From contig JAUSGQ010000065.1 in NCBI GenBank assembly GCA_030674455.1, forward strand, positions 1 through 63,510: a DNA stretch of 63,510 nt, read 5' to 3'. The DNA is from a bacterium. Its GTDB lineage: Bacteria > Patescibacteriota > Minisyncoccia > Phycocordibacterales > UBA2100. A program made the translations under genes and the position numbers. Every line of letters starts with the position of its first letter. Positions within the stretch are counted from its first letter, which is position 1. Of the stretch, positions 1 to 10,528 are shown one piece after another. The notes below the pieces were generated by a model that was not told where the DNA came from, searched no databases, and saw nothing but the letters and a program-made list of their open reading frames with translations.

Positions 1-2
1 CC

Positions 3-119
3 ACCAACACGCTCGACGGTTCCTTCAAGAAAGCAAAGACTGCGATTGCCGTTCACTCCGGCCTCACGCACGCTCGGCAGATTAAACTTGCGCGTTCAAT
101 TCTTTTTGCGCGCGGGTAG
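3..119 (+). CDS. 3' end of an unidentified gene that starts upstream of the window (partial)
   Basis: Frame 3 is open from the window edge to TAG at 117-119 (...LDGSFKKAKTAIAVHSGLTHARQIKLARSILFARG*). No family recognised. Confidence 0.2.
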   Translation, partial: TNTLDGSFKKAKTAIAVHSGLTHARQIKLARSILFARG

Positions 120-172
120 CATCACATTTGTCCATTAAGCCTAAATTCTACGCGCCAAATGGCCATAGAAAT

Positions 173-370
173 TTAACAATACTTCGCGCGAATTTCAGCA
201 AGAGTTTTTCCCTTTCGAGTATCTTTAATTGCCACTTTCAATTTCCTTTTCGCGGATGTGGTCAGTTCAAGCCCAAAGTCAGGGTCGCCGAGAATCTCCT
301 GGATTGAATCAGCAATAACAGCCCGCAAGGCGGGGTCAATATTCCTTTTTTGCAACTCTTTAACAGACAT
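173..370 (-). CDS. small hypothetical protein (65 aa)
   Basis: Track ORF 173..412. The internal ATG at 370 (MSVKELQKRNIDPALRAVIADSIQEILGDPDFGLEL...) avoids overlap with the rny stop at 396. Family not recognised. Confidence 0.4.
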   Translation of the reverse strand: MSVKELQKRNIDPALRAVIADSIQEILGDPDFGLELTTSAKRKLKVAIKDTRKGKTLAEIRAKYC

Positions 371-395
371 TGCGCCAGTATAACATAACCTGCTT

Positions 396-1925
396 TTATC
401 TCGCGTATTCAATAACTCTCGTCTCTCGTATTACTGATACTTTTATCTCACCCGGGTATTGCAAATCGGCTTCGATTTTGTCGGCTATGTCACGCGCGAG
501 CTTGCGGGCGTCGAGGTCGGTGATTTCTGCAGGTTTTACGATAACGCGGATTTCGCGGCCTGCGGCGATTGCGTAGGTCTTTTCAACTCCCGGCATTTTA
601 TTGGCAATTGCTTCAAGTTCTTCAAGCCGCTTGATGTAATTCTCGACGGAATCGCGGCGCGCACCGGGGCGGCCGCCGGAAATGGCGTCTGCCACCTGCA
701 CTATCATTGATTCAGGCGTTTCGTACGGATATTCCTCGTGATGCGCCTGCATTGCTTTAACGACATCTTCTCCCACGCCGAATTTCTGCAGAATTCTTCT
801 GCCGATTTCCACATGCGTGCCGGTCACTTCGTGGTCAACCGCTTTTCCGATGTCGTGCATCAAGGCTCCTGCGCGTGCGACGGCCGGATTTGCGCCGAGT
901 TCTTCGGCGAGCATTCCGGCCAAGTGCGCAACTTCTACGGAATGGTCAAGTACATTTTGGCCATAGCTTGTGCGGAAATAAAGGCGACCCAATATCATGA
1001 GCAACTTCGGGTCGAGATTCGGAACGCGCGCTTCGTAGGCGGCTTCCGTGCCTTTCTTCTTGATTATGGTATTTATTTCTGCTTCTGCCTTCACGACCGC
1101 TTCCTCGATTTTTGCGGGTTGTATCCTTCCGTCCAGTATCAAATTCTCAAGCGCTATTCGCGCTATCTGGCGGCGAATCGGGTCGTACGAAGAAAGCGTA
1201 ATAGTTCCGGGCGTATCGTCCACGATGACATCAACGCCTGTCGCGCGCTCGAACGCGCGGATGTTGCGGCCTTCCTTACCTATGATTTTTCCTTTTATTT
1301 CATCGTTAGGAAGCGCCATCGTCGTTGCGAGTACGTCGGATACGACCGAATTGCCGAGGCGGTGGACAGACGTCGTCAGGATTTCCTTTGCTCTTTGTTC
1401 GAGCTTTTCGTTGCCGGTCAGTTCCAGTTTGCGCATCCGGCTCTCAATATCCTTTTCATATCGTTTCTCTATGGACGATATGAGTTCGTTCCGCGCTTGT
1501 TCGGCGGTAAGTCCGGCGGTTTTTTCAAGCTGTTCCTGTTGGGCGCGCACCAGTTCCTCGGCTTTTTCCCTGGTTTTTTGTATCTCCTCGCCTTTTTTGG
1601 CGAGAGCTTCCTGTTCGGCGTCGTTGTTCGACTGGCGTTTATCAACAAGCTCCTCTTTGCGTACGAGGCGCTCTTCTGTCTGCTTCAATTCGCGCTCGCG
1701 CTCCTTGAATTCATTCGTCAGTTGTGCGGCTTTCTCTGCGCCTTTCTTTTCGGCCTCCTCGATGATGCGCTTCGCCTTGACTTCCGCGTCAAGCGTCATC
1801 TGCCGGACAATGATTTCCATTGAGCCGCGCTTTCCCAAACTGATAATGAATCGGAGGTAGTATCCGAGTCCAATGCCTATAACGCCCGCGAGGGCGACGA
1901 GAAGAAGGGCTATTTTTAATTCCAT
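396..1925 (-). CDS. rny: ribonuclease Y
   Basis: N-terminal TM helix (MELKIALLLVALAGVIGIGLGYYL), a long charged coiled coil, KH motif GKIIGKEGRNIRAFE, and HD domain HSVEVAHLAG...MHDIGKA. The track start at 1943 is TTG, so the ATG at 1925 is preferred. Confidence 0.9.
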   Translation of the reverse strand: MELKIALLLVALAGVIGIGLGYYLRFIISLGKRGSMEIIVRQMTLDAEVKAKRIIEEAEKKGAEKAAQLTNEFKERERELKQTEERLVRKEELVDKRQSNNDAEQEALAKKGEEIQKTREKAEELVRAQQEQLEKTAGLTAEQARNELISSIEKRYEKDIESRMRKLELTGNEKLEQRAKEILTTSVHRLGNSVVSDVLATTMALPNDEIKGKIIGKEGRNIRAFERATGVDVIVDDTPGTITLSSYDPIRRQIARIALENLILDGRIQPAKIEEAVVKAEAEINTIIKKKGTEAAYEARVPNLDPKLLMILGRLYFRTSYGQNVLDHSVEVAHLAGMLAEELGANPAVARAGALMHDIGKAVDHEVTGTHVEIGRRILQKFGVGEDVVKAMQAHHEEYPYETPESMIVQVADAISGGRPGARRDSVENYIKRLEELEAIANKMPGVEKTYAIAAGREIRVIVKPAEITDLDARKLARDIADKIEADLQYPGEIKVSVIRETRVIEYAR

Positions 1926-2245
1926 ACGCGTAGGTGACCCCAACGCGCATCTGTAATTTTTAGACTACGACAAAAGAGCTGTGTGAATAGTTCATTAACA
2001 CAGGCATAGTTTTATTAAATTTCAATGCGAATCCAGATGCGAGGCGAGGATGCAAATTCATAAATATTAATTGGTGTACATGAAGAGTATACCACGTAAA
2101 TCGCAAGCTCCAAGCCCTAAATCTCAAAAACCAAACAAAATCTCAATAATTAAACTCTTAAACTCCAAAACGCACACAGTTTATTTTTCTGGAATTTATA
2201 TACTGGAGCTTGTTTGGGGCTTGGAGCTTGAGTTTTGGAGCTTAT

Positions 2246-2845
2246 TTATGTCAGCACCTTATCCACAATGCCGTATTTCAAGGCTTCTTCGGCCGTCATG
2301 AAGAAGTCGCGGTCTACATCCGTCTCGATTTTCTTCAGTGTTTGCCCTGTATTTTTGGCCATCATTTTGTTCAAGCGGTCGCGGGTAGCGAGGATGTGCT
2401 GGGCGGTAATCGCGATGTCCGATGCCTGCCCTTCAGCGCCTCCCAAGGGCTGGTGGATCATGACCTCCGCGTTGGGCAGAATGAAGCGCTTTCCCTTTTC
2501 TCCGGAAGAGAGCAGCCACGCCGCGCCCGATGCCGCCATACCGACACAAACGGTAGAAACAGCCGGTTGGATGTGGTTCATCGTGTCTATCATTGCGAGC
2601 GTTGCCGAAACAGAACCGCCGGGAGAGTTGATGTAGAGGGAGACATCCCTTTTAGGGTCTTCTGAAGCGAGGAAGAGAAGCTGGGCGATTATCAAATTTG
2701 CGGTCTCGCTCTCGATTGGGCCACCCAAGAATATAATCCGCTCTTTGAGAAGGCGGGAAAAAATATCGTACGCGCGTTCGCCGAAAGAACTTTTCTCGAC
2801 GACCATGGGAACCAGCATTTGCGCACGGGGTGTTTCTTTTGTCAT
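2246..2845 (-). CDS. clpP: ATP-dependent Clp protease proteolytic subunit
   Basis: [47 protein letters not shown] and MIHQPLGG are typical ClpP motifs with the Ser-His-Asp context. Confidence 0.95.
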   Translation of the reverse strand: MTKETPRAQMLVPMVVEKSSFGERAYDIFSRLLKERIIFLGGPIESETANLIIAQLLFLASEDPKRDVSLYINSPGGSVSATLAMIDTMNHIQPAVSTVCVGMAASGAAWLLSSGEKGKRFILPNAEVMIHQPLGGAEGQASDIAITAQHILATRDRLNKMMAKNTGQTLKKIETDVDRDFFMTAEEALKYGIVDKVLT

Positions 2846-2879
2846 ATCGACATCATAGCAACTTCTTTTTAAGAATCAA

Positions 2880-4046
2880 TTATTTCTTTGCCTCAAGCGA
2901 CTCCAGGAATTTCAAAACTGCTTCGTTGCGCATCGCGTGGGCAATGTGGGCCCTCAAGGCTTCAGGGGCGGCGTCTTTGTAATGCTTTTTTGCGTGTTCC
3001 ACTTCTTGCGCGAGTTGCGCCTCATCAGGTTCGATTTTTTCGATGCGGGCGATTTCGCCGAGAATGAGGCGTGTTTTTGCGCGCGTGTCGGACGGCGCTT
3101 TCCATTCCGTGAGAATTTGCTCCCACGTCTTTTTTATTTGCGCTAGATATGCCTCAAGAGTCATTCCAGCTCCCGCGAGGTCATCTTTGAGCCGCGCCTC
3201 CATTTCATTTATTTCGTATTCCCGCAGTATCGCCGGATAGTTAATTTTAGAATTCTTAACGAGCTCTTCAATTATCGCCTGGCGCCGAGTGTCGGTTGCT
3301 TGCCGTTCTTTTTCGGCCTTCATGTTCTCGCGCACTTTTGTATGGAAGTGGGCGATGCTTTCATAGCCGATGCTGATGGCGAAAGCATCATCAAGTTGCG
3401 GCAAATCTTTCTCCTCCATGGCGCGCGATTCATCCGCGGCCTCCGCCGGCTTTTTGCCAGCCTCCACTTTTTCAATACGGGCGCGTTCTCTGCGCAGGTG
3501 AGTCATCGCTTTTGCATGTTCCTCATCCGAAACGGTGGCTTCTTTCTTATCTTTTAGGTGCTTCTTTGCGATTTCTTTGTAATCAGGGAGCTTGATTTCG
3601 GGGGCAAGTGCGGCGCGCGCCGTAAACGAAAGCGGCTTGCCTTCTTCCGGAGCATTGATAGTTACGTGGGGCGTTTGCACGATGGGTAATTTTTGCGAAG
3701 CCAAGATTTCCGGCAATTCATGCTGGACCGCATCTTCCGCCGCATGCCTAAGGATTGCCGGCTCACCGTAGACGCGGATTATTTCCGATTCGGGTGCGTG
3801 TCCCGGTCGGAACCCGTCAAGTTTTGCGGTTTTCTGAATTTCTTTTACTGCGTTATCGCGGTATGTAAGAAGAATCTCGGTCGGAATTTCCGCTTTCACT
3901 TCAACTTCCCAGCGTTCGGTGTCGCGCTCAATTTTTACGGTCGTTTCCGCAGGATTATTTTTTGTGGCGGTTTTTGTTTCGGCCGATGAGTCAGGCATCG
4001 GGGCCGAGCCACGAATCTGCTGATTCGCCTGTTGACGGTCAGACAT
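2880..4046 (-). CDS. tig: trigger factor, apparently lacking the central PPIase domain
   Basis: Ribosome-binding N-domain motif LDGFRPGHAP. The C-domain starts at LPQLDDAFA...VRENMKAEKE only about 23 aa after the end of the N-domain. Confidence 0.85.
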   Translation of the reverse strand: MSDRQQANQQIRGSAPMPDSSAETKTATKNNPAETTVKIERDTERWEVEVKAEIPTEILLTYRDNAVKEIQKTAKLDGFRPGHAPESEIIRVYGEPAILRHAAEDAVQHELPEILASQKLPIVQTPHVTINAPEEGKPLSFTARAALAPEIKLPDYKEIAKKHLKDKKEATVSDEEHAKAMTHLRRERARIEKVEAGKKPAEAADESRAMEEKDLPQLDDAFAISIGYESIAHFHTKVRENMKAEKERQATDTRRQAIIEELVKNSKINYPAILREYEINEMEARLKDDLAGAGMTLEAYLAQIKKTWEQILTEWKAPSDTRAKTRLILGEIARIEKIEPDEAQLAQEVEHAKKHYKDAAPEALRAHIAHAMRNEAVLKFLESLEAKK

Positions 4047-4110
4047 CGGTATTTCTTATCATACTTTTCATTTTAGAGCGAGGAGACAAATCAGTCTTTC
4101 TAATTATTCA

Positions 4111-4148
4111 AATCCCAATACTTAGTTAATTAACTAAGTATCGGGATT
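4111..4148. terminator. 38-nt near-perfect palindrome after the 117-aa gene
   Basis: AATCCCAATACTTAGTTAA/TTAACTAAGTATCGGGATT with one G-U type mismatch. It lies between the stop at 4176 and the tig start at 4046. Confidence 0.5.
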
Positions 4149-4175
4149 ATTCCGACTCAATTCCTCGGTAATTTC

Positions 4176-4529
4176 TTACAGCGCTCCCGCGCTTGCGACT
4201 TGCGCTTCGTTCAATCGGTCTATGTTCATTGCTTGAATGTCTGCATTGATTGCCGCGGTCTCGTCGGATGTTTGCTGGGCAGGAAGGCCTGCGGTGGCGT
4301 CGCTCTCTGATTCCGAAGTTTCATTTCCCAGGATAAGCGGCGGGGGATTATTATCTACATTATTCAATTGTGCTCCCCAGAAGTAAAACGCTCCTATGGC
4401 AAGCAAGATGATAATAATTATAGCACCGACAATCGAACCCGCGCCGGAACGGGAAACCGCCACCTGCGGTGCCACTGGCTGAGACGTTGCCGATGTATTT
4501 GCTTCGTTCACTTTATTGAATTCATCCAT
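4176..4529 (-). CDS. hypothetical single-pass membrane protein
   Basis: ATG start and one strong TM helix (IVGAIIIIILLAIGAFYFW). No recognisable domain. Confidence 0.5.
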   Translation of the reverse strand: MDEFNKVNEANTSATSQPVAPQVAVSRSGAGSIVGAIIIIILLAIGAFYFWGAQLNNVDNNPPPLILGNETSESESDATAGLPAQQTSDETAAINADIQAMNIDRLNEAQVASAGAL

Positions 4530-4553
4530 ATGATGTGTTTAGGATACCACTAA

Positions 4554-5318
4554 TTAATTACTTGTCTGAGCCGACTCGGTTTCAGCAGAGGGTTCAGTAG
4601 ACGTTGTGGCGGGAGATTTCTTTTGCTTCAATCTTTCGATCACGGTGAGCGCCTTTCCCGCTTTATCAAGGGCGTTGTGTGCCGCCTTCATGCTTGCGTT
4701 CACTTGCTTAACTGCGGCTTCAACCCGGGCGCGCAGCTCTTTTGCTTGGCCCGACTGGTCTTGCGCGCGCAGGTCAGCCAGTTTCTGCGCATCGGCCTTA
4801 ACTTGCTCAATGGCTGTTTGAGCCCGTGCCAATGCCGCCTCGGCTTTGGTCGTATCGGCTCCTGCGGACTTCATTTTAGCTATCCGGGATTGTATCCTCG
4901 TTACCAAGTTATCAAATTGCTTTATGGCAACTACATATCGTTGCTCAATTTTTCCCACGTTCTTGCGTGCAAGTTCCTTTTTTTGTTCAATGATTTTCGT
5001 CGAACTGGCCTTGCGCGCTTGAATGAGCGCCTTTGTATTCTGAACGGCATTTCTTTCTATTGCACGGCGTTCAGCCGATGAGGATGCTACCTGCATTTGT
5101 GCCTTAGTTCCTGTTCGCAGGTCTTTCACGCTGGTTTTGAAATTCGCTTGTACATCCTTTAACGCCCCCTTAAGGTCTGCACGCTTTTCTCTAATAACCG
5201 TCGCGCGTGCGGGAGCCGGCGCAGAGCCGGCGGCTTGCGATGTTTCTTCTGCAAAGGCAATACCTGAAAATGCGAGAAGCGCGGTCACAGTTACTACAGC
5301 AGGCGATGGATATCTCAT
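4554..5318 (-). CDS. secreted alpha-helical/coiled-coil protein (hypothetical)
   Basis: Signal peptide MRYPSPAVVTVTALLAFSGIAFA, then an A/K/Q/E-rich helical sequence. Confidence 0.55.
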   Translation of the reverse strand: MRYPSPAVVTVTALLAFSGIAFAEETSQAAGSAPAPARATVIREKRADLKGALKDVQANFKTSVKDLRTGTKAQMQVASSSAERRAIERNAVQNTKALIQARKASSTKIIEQKKELARKNVGKIEQRYVVAIKQFDNLVTRIQSRIAKMKSAGADTTKAEAALARAQTAIEQVKADAQKLADLRAQDQSGQAKELRARVEAAVKQVNASMKAAHNALDKAGKALTVIERLKQKKSPATTSTEPSAETESAQTSN

Positions 5319-5428
5319 GGCGTTATTAAATTAGGCTGAATAAATTAAAGGATTCTAACTACCGAAAGTGTACCACTGCGCGGCAGGCGCGCTTGCGGGG
5401 GTGTGCAAAACTGGCGAAGGTGGGCAAT

Positions 5429-5464
5429 GTCAACAATAACTCACGGCCGTGAGCTATTGTTGAC
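5429..5464. repeat. palindrome with CTCACGGCCGTGAG core
   Basis: GTCAACAATAACTCACGG/CCGTGAGCTATTGTTGAC with one mismatch. The same core occurs at 9261-9298 and in both cassette terminator modules. Confidence 0.8.
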
Positions 5465-5560
5465 ATGCGCAATGGCGCGGAACTGGTCGTATTGTCAAAC
5501 AGATTGAAATGCATTACACTCCGCGGCATCAATATTAATCATTTATTCATTATATACGAT

Positions 5561-7561
5561 ATGCAGTCAACGATTTTCTTGTGGACAGTTGTTTCAGGTC
5601 TGGTGACGCTCGCGTTCAGCGGGTATCTAGCGATGCAGGTTTTGAGCCTCGCGGATGGCAGCAAGAAAATGACGGATATTGCCGATGCGATTAAAGAAGG
5701 GGCAAACGCATACCTCGTCCGGCAATACAAGGTGGTGGCTTTGGTCGCGGTAATCTTCTTTCTTTTCCTCGGATATTTCATTACATGGCTCGCGGCCATC
5801 GGATTTCTTATCGGCGCTTTTGTGTCTGCGCTTTCAGGCTATATCGGCATGGCAGTTGCTGTGCGCGCGAATGTCCGCACGGCAGAGGCGGCGCGCAAGG
5901 GAATTCCCGCTGCACTTAGCGCTGCGTTCCGCGCCGGCTCGGTTACCGGTCTCACCGTTGCCGCTCTCGCGCTTCTCTCCATCACTATATTCTACTGGGT
6001 AACGGGTGATTTGGGGGCTATGGTTGGCCTTGCTTTCGGCGCGTCGCTCATCTCGGTCTTCGCGCGACTTGGCGGAGGAATTTTTACAAAAGGCGCCGAT
6101 GTGGGTGCTGATTTGGTAGGCAAAATTGAGGCCGGAATTCCCGAGGACGACCCGCGCAATCCGGCGGTTATCGCAGACAACGTGGGCGACAACGTAGGCG
6201 ACACAGCAGGCATGGCGGCGGACCTTTTTGAAACGTATGTCGTCTCGGCAGTCGCTGTTATGCTTCTCGGTTCGCTTCTTCTTCCGAACTTCCCAGGAGC
6301 CATTATGTTTCCGCTTGCACTCGGCGCCGTGGCGCTTATCGCGTGCGCACTTTCAACGTTCGTAGTCCGCGGGGGAACCGAGAATTCCATCATGTCGGTC
6401 CTCTATCGCGGGCTCATCGTCTCGGCCGTGCTTTCGGTGGCCGCGTTCTACCCGCTGACGAAAATAATCATGGAGGGGAACGGTTCGTTCAACGTCATGA
6501 ATCTTTTCTACTGCGCTCTCATCGGAATCGGCGTAACTATCGGCATGTTCATCATCACCGATTACTACACGAGCAAGAACTACAATCCGGTTAAATCAAT
6601 CGCGAAGGCATCTACCACAGGACATGGCACCAACATCATCACCGGGCTCGGCGTTTCAATGGAGGCAACCGCTCTTCCGGTCTTGCTTATAACAGGCAGC
6701 ATTCTTCTGGCATTTTACCTTGCCGGTCTTTATGGAATCGCGATTGCCGTCATGGCGATGCTTTCTCTGACGGCTACCGTTATCGCCATCGATGCGTTCG
6801 GTCCGATTACCGACAACGCCGGAGGCATCGCGGAAATGTCGGGACTCTCTTCCGATGTGCGCGCGGTAACCGATCAGCTCGACGCTGTCGGCAATACGAC
6901 CAAGGCAGTAACAAAGGGATACGCCATCGCATCGGCAGGGCTTGCTGCGACGGTTTTGTTCGCCTCATACACGCAAGAAATTTCGAACCTCGCTTCGGGC
7001 GCTCTCACTTTTGATTTGAGCAACCCAACCGTTCTCGCGGGGCTTCTCATAGGAGGATTGCTCCCGTACCTTTTCTCGGCGTTCGCGATGAGCGCTGTCG
7101 GCAAAGCCGGACACGCTGTCGTTGAAGAAGTGCGCCGACAGTTCAAGGAAATTCCCGGAATTATGGAGGGAACCGCGAAGCCCGATTACGGCAAGGCGGT
7201 GGAAATTGTAACGGCTGTCGCGCAGAAGCTAATGATTGTGCCGGCGCTTCTTCCGGTTCTTGTGCCGATTTTGGTGTTTTGGCTCCTTGGCTTGCAGGCG
7301 CTCGGCGGACTTTTGGTAGGGGTGATTGTTACCGGACTTTTCGTCGCGATTTCGATGACTTCCGGAGGCGCCGCGTGGGACAACGCGAAGAAATATATTG
7401 AAGATGGAAACTACGGCGGGAAAAAGGGACACGCTCATGCCGCGGCGGTTACCGGCGACACGGTGGGCGACCCCTACAAAGATACTGCGGGACCTGCGAT
7501 TAACCCGATGATTAAAGTGGTGAATATTGTGGCGCTTCTATTAGTTAGCTTTTTACGATAG
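5561..7561 (+). CDS. hppA: membrane-bound proton/sodium-translocating pyrophosphatase
   Basis: [38 protein letters not shown] and [14 protein letters not shown], with many TM helices. The ATG at 5561 is preferred over the track start at 5465, which abuts a palindrome. Confidence 0.95.
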   Translation: MQSTIFLWTVVSGLVTLAFSGYLAMQVLSLADGSKKMTDIADAIKEGANAYLVRQYKVVALVAVIFFLFLGYFITWLAAIGFLIGAFVSALSGYIGMAVAVRANVRTAEAARKGIPAALSAAFRAGSVTGLTVAALALLSITIFYWVTGDLGAMVGLAFGASLISVFARLGGGIFTKGADVGADLVGKIEAGIPEDDPRNPAVIADNVGDNVGDTAGMAADLFETYVVSAVAVMLLGSLLLPNFPGAIMFPLALGAVALIACALSTFVVRGGTENSIMSVLYRGLIVSAVLSVAAFYPLTKIIMEGNGSFNVMNLFYCALIGIGVTIGMFIITDYYTSKNYNPVKSIAKASTTGHGTNIITGLGVSMEATALPVLLITGSILLAFYLAGLYGIAIAVMAMLSLTATVIAIDAFGPITDNAGGIAEMSGLSSDVRAVTDQLDAVGNTTKAVTKGYAIASAGLAATVLFASYTQEISNLASGALTFDLSNPTVLAGLLIGGLLPYLFSAFAMSAVGKAGHAVVEEVRRQFKEIPGIMEGTAKPDYGKAVEIVTAVAQKLMIVPALLPVLVPILVFWLLGLQALGGLLVGVIVTGLFVAISMTSGGAAWDNAKKYIEDGNYGGKKGHAHAAAVTGDTVGDPYKDTAGPAINPMIKVVNIVALLLVSFLR

Positions 7562-7587
7562 GTTATAGCATCTTCAATTAGCCATTT

Positions 7588-7686
7588 CGTCATTGCGAGG
7601 AATGAGGAGGGTACGACGAATGCAATCCAGGTCTAAAGAACTCCTGGATTGCTTCCCGCCACGCTATGCTCACGGTCGCAATGACA
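7588..7686. repeat. nested hairpin repeat (GTCATTGCGAG...GCAATCCAGG...CCTGGATTGC...TCGCAATGAC)
   Basis: Outer arms at 7589-7599 and 7676-7685, inner arms at about 7622-7631 and 7643-7652. A related half-element lies at 58805-58865. Confidence 0.7.
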
Positions 7687-7724
7687 GGTGATGGTGTGTT
7701 TAATTTTTGTTAAATGCCACTTGA

Positions 7725-8972
7725 TTATTCGGTTTTTCCTTCAGCAGACTCTTCTTTCTTTTCTACCGGCTTTTCCTCCGCAGTTTCAGAAACGATTTTT
7801 GCTTCGCCCTCTACTTTTTCGGATTCAGCGACTTGTGTGCCTCCCGCGGAGCGGATGTCTATCTTCCAGCCGGTCAAGCGCGCGGCAAGCCGCACATTCT
7901 GGCCGCCGCGGCCAATCGCAAGCGATTGCTGGTCTTCCGCTACCTTCACGACCGCGCGGGCTTCGTCCTCAAAGAGTTGGATTTCCAGAACTTGCGCCGG
8001 TTTCAGAGATTCCTGCACGAATTCCGACGGTTTTTCAGACCACTCGACGACATCAATTTTTTCTCCGCCGAGTTCGGATGTAACGACGGCGACGCGCACC
8101 CCGCGCTGCCCTACGAGGGCTCCCACAGGGTCAACGTGGTCGTCTTTCGAGAACACCGCGATTTTTGCGCGGCTTCCCGGCTCGCGGACGATTGCCTTCA
8201 CTTCGACGACTCCTGATGCCATTTCCGGCACTTCCGCTTCAAATAGTTTTGTTAAGAATTTCGGGTGCGAACGCGACAAGCGGATGAAAGTTCCGCGCAC
8301 GCCTTCATCGACGTGCAAAAGCAGGGCGCGCACGCGCTCTCCTTGACGGTATCGTTCGCCCGGTATTTGTTCCTCGTAGGGGAGAATAGCTGTCGCGCGG
8401 CCGAGGTCAACATATAAATTGCCTCGCTCGAATCTTTGCACATGCCCCGTTACAACCTCGCCTTCCCGTTCTCCGAATTCAGAAATTATTGAAGCGCGTT
8501 CTGCCTCGCGGACTTTCTGCATAACAACTTGCTTGGCGGCTTGCGCCGCGATGCGGCCGAAATCCTCATGCGCTTCGAGAGGGAATGAGATTTCTTCGTC
8601 GAGTTGCGCGTCCTTTTTGATGCGGCGCGCGTCTTCGAGCATGATGTGCTGTTCGGGATTGAAGCGGGAGCGGTGGTCCGCCTCCGCTTCGCTACGGCGT
8701 GACACGTCCTCCTCACCTTTATCCTCGCCCTCCTCGTCCGGAGTTCTGACCAGAGTTTTATCAACGACGATTTTTGCCTGGCGGAATTCCATGTCGCCGG
8801 TTTCCGCATTGAACGTGGCGCGGATAATTTGCCCGCGCTTGCCGTATTCGCGGCGGTAGGCCGCGGCGAGCGCGGTTGAAAGCGCGTCAATCACAGACTC
8901 GCGCGAAATACCGCGCTCGTGCTGCAGTTCATCCAAAGCTGAATTAAGGGTTTTTAGGTCGAGTAGAGCCAT
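7725..8972 (-). CDS. nusA: transcription termination/antitermination factor NusA
   Basis: N-terminus LNSALDELQHERGISRESVIDAL, an S1 domain (GEVVTGHVQRFERGNLYVDLG), and two KH domains (PVGALVGQRGVRV; AIGRGGQNVRLAARLTGWKIDI). Confidence 0.95.
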   Translation of the reverse strand: MALLDLKTLNSALDELQHERGISRESVIDALSTALAAAYRREYGKRGQIIRATFNAETGDMEFRQAKIVVDKTLVRTPDEEGEDKGEEDVSRRSEAEADHRSRFNPEQHIMLEDARRIKKDAQLDEEISFPLEAHEDFGRIAAQAAKQVVMQKVREAERASIISEFGEREGEVVTGHVQRFERGNLYVDLGRATAILPYEEQIPGERYRQGERVRALLLHVDEGVRGTFIRLSRSHPKFLTKLFEAEVPEMASGVVEVKAIVREPGSRAKIAVFSKDDHVDPVGALVGQRGVRVAVVTSELGGEKIDVVEWSEKPSEFVQESLKPAQVLEIQLFEDEARAVVKVAEDQQSLAIGRGGQNVRLAARLTGWKIDIRSAGGTQVAESEKVEGEAKIVSETAEEKPVEKKEESAEGKTE

Positions 8973-9260
8973 GTTAGATATTGTTATGAGCGAAGCGAAT
9001 TAGAATATCTTACACCCAGCACCTTTGTTTCATTAGGAAACGAAGGTGCTGGGTTAAGAAAAATATATTTCACTGCGTTCCATTATTTTTTTAAAAAAAG
9101 CGTCCGGCTGGTGCCGGAACTTACTTAATTAACATAGTCGATAATGACGTCCATGTCAACCTTATATGGTGCAAGTCAATAAAGGATCAGAATTCGCGAA
9201 ATTAGAGCGAGGTTTGAGATGATGAGAATGAAATTTCGCATCCCGAACTCGCTTTTAGCA

Positions 9261-9298
9261 GTTCCACAATCTCTCACGGTCGTGAGAGATTGTGGAAC
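9261..9298. repeat. perfect 18+18 palindrome with CTCACGGTCGTGAG core
   Basis: GTTCCACAATCTCTCACG gt CGTGAGAGATTGTGGAAC, downstream of the minus-strand PLP gene. Confidence 0.85.
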
Positions 9299-9335
9299 AT
9301 AGAGATATGTTTGTATATTGAGACGCGCGGCAAAG

Positions 9336-10475
9336 TTATCCCTTGAGCGCATTTGCGAGGTCTTCAATCAAATCTTCCGCGTCTTCGATTCCGGCTGAAA
9401 TGCGCACGACTTCTTCCGTTATGCCGGAGTTTTTAAGGCCGTCTTTGCCCATCGAAGCATGGCTCATGAACCACGGAGCTTCTATCAGCGATTCCACTCC
9501 ACCAAGCGACACCGTCAGGGAAAAATATTTCAATTTCTTAAAGAATGTTTTTAGCGGCACCTTTGCTGTATCAAGCTCAAACGTGACAATGCCGCCGAAA
9601 CCGGTCATTTGCTTTTTTATCAGGTCTTGCTGCGGATGGCTCCCCAGCCCGGGATAATACACGCGCTTCACATTCTTGTTGCTTTCCAAAAATTCCGCAA
9701 TTGCTTGCGCATTTTTCTGATGCGCTTCCATGCGCAGTGCCAGGGTCTTCACTCCGCGCGAGACAAGCCACGAGTCAAATGGCGAACCGGCAACCCCCGT
9801 GGCATTCACCAAGAAATTTCCGCGCTCCTGCAGTTCCTTGGTGGAATATACGATAGCGCCCCCCACAACGTCGCTGTGGCCGTTCAAATATTTCGTTGTC
9901 GAGTGAATCACAATGTCAACGCCAAGTTCCAATGGTTTCTGGAAGTAAGGGGACAAGAAAGTATTGTCAGCTACCGTCAGGATTTTATTGTTCTTCGCGA
10001 TGGCCACGACGCCCGCGATATCGGTAATGTGGAGAAAGGGGTTCGACGGCGTTTCTATCCAAATCATTTTGGTTTCCGGCGTTACGCTCTCTTTCACCGC
10101 ATCCAAGTCAGTCATGTCTATGAAGGTAAATTTGTAGCCAAGCGGTTTTAGAACCTGGTCGAACAAGCGATATGTTCCGCCGTAGATATCGGTATTTGCG
10201 ACTATGTGGTCGCCTGGTTTCAATAGAAGCATGACAGTTGTGGTTGCCGCCATGCCGGTAGTGGTTATTGAGCAGCCGACTCCGCCTTCGAGCGCGGCGA
10301 TATTTTCTTCGAGCGCAGTGCGCGTTGGATTCCCGCTGCGCGTGTAGTCGTAGCCTTTGTTTTTCCCGAGTTCATCGAAAGAAAAAACCGAAGTAGCATA
10401 AATAGGCGTCGTAACCGCGTTGAAGGTCGTATCCTTTTTCGTGCCCGTGTGTACTGCTTTTGTACGAAACTTCAT
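9336..10475 (-). CDS. Cys/Met-metabolism PLP enzyme (cystathionine beta-lyase/gamma-synthase family)
   Basis: MKFRTKAVHTG..., TTPIYATSVFSF, and the PLP-lysine context HSTTKYLNGHSDVVGG. The 379-aa size fits the MetB/MetC class. Confidence 0.85.
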   Translation of the reverse strand: MKFRTKAVHTGTKKDTTFNAVTTPIYATSVFSFDELGKNKGYDYTRSGNPTRTALEENIAALEGGVGCSITTTGMAATTTVMLLLKPGDHIVANTDIYGGTYRLFDQVLKPLGYKFTFIDMTDLDAVKESVTPETKMIWIETPSNPFLHITDIAGVVAIAKNNKILTVADNTFLSPYFQKPLELGVDIVIHSTTKYLNGHSDVVGGAIVYSTKELQERGNFLVNATGVAGSPFDSWLVSRGVKTLALRMEAHQKNAQAIAEFLESNKNVKRVYYPGLGSHPQQDLIKKQMTGFGGIVTFELDTAKVPLKTFFKKLKYFSLTVSLGGVESLIEAPWFMSHASMGKDGLKNSGITEEVVRISAGIEDAEDLIEDLANALKG

Positions 10476-10528
10476 GCAGATACTGTATCAGATTTCGGAG
10501 TTTTGAGAAACCGCAGATTTACGCTGAT

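Noticed and set aside
738-1860. Two long plus-strand ORFs (361 and 270 aa) inside the rny locus
   Set aside because: They are antisense to a confidently identified RNase Y gene. Their sequences are low-complexity and Arg/Phe/Ser-rich, with no motifs.
2071-2301. 76-aa ORF between rny and clpP
   Set aside because: It is a translation of low-complexity CTCCAA/TTGGAG word arrays that form a long-range inverted repeat (2104-2121 with 2213-2230). It also overlaps the clpP 3' end.
5465-5560. N-terminal 32-codon extension of the pyrophosphatase ORF
   Set aside because: The extension starts immediately at a palindrome and is not part of the conserved V-PPase N-terminus. The ATG at 5561 begins directly with the first TM helix.
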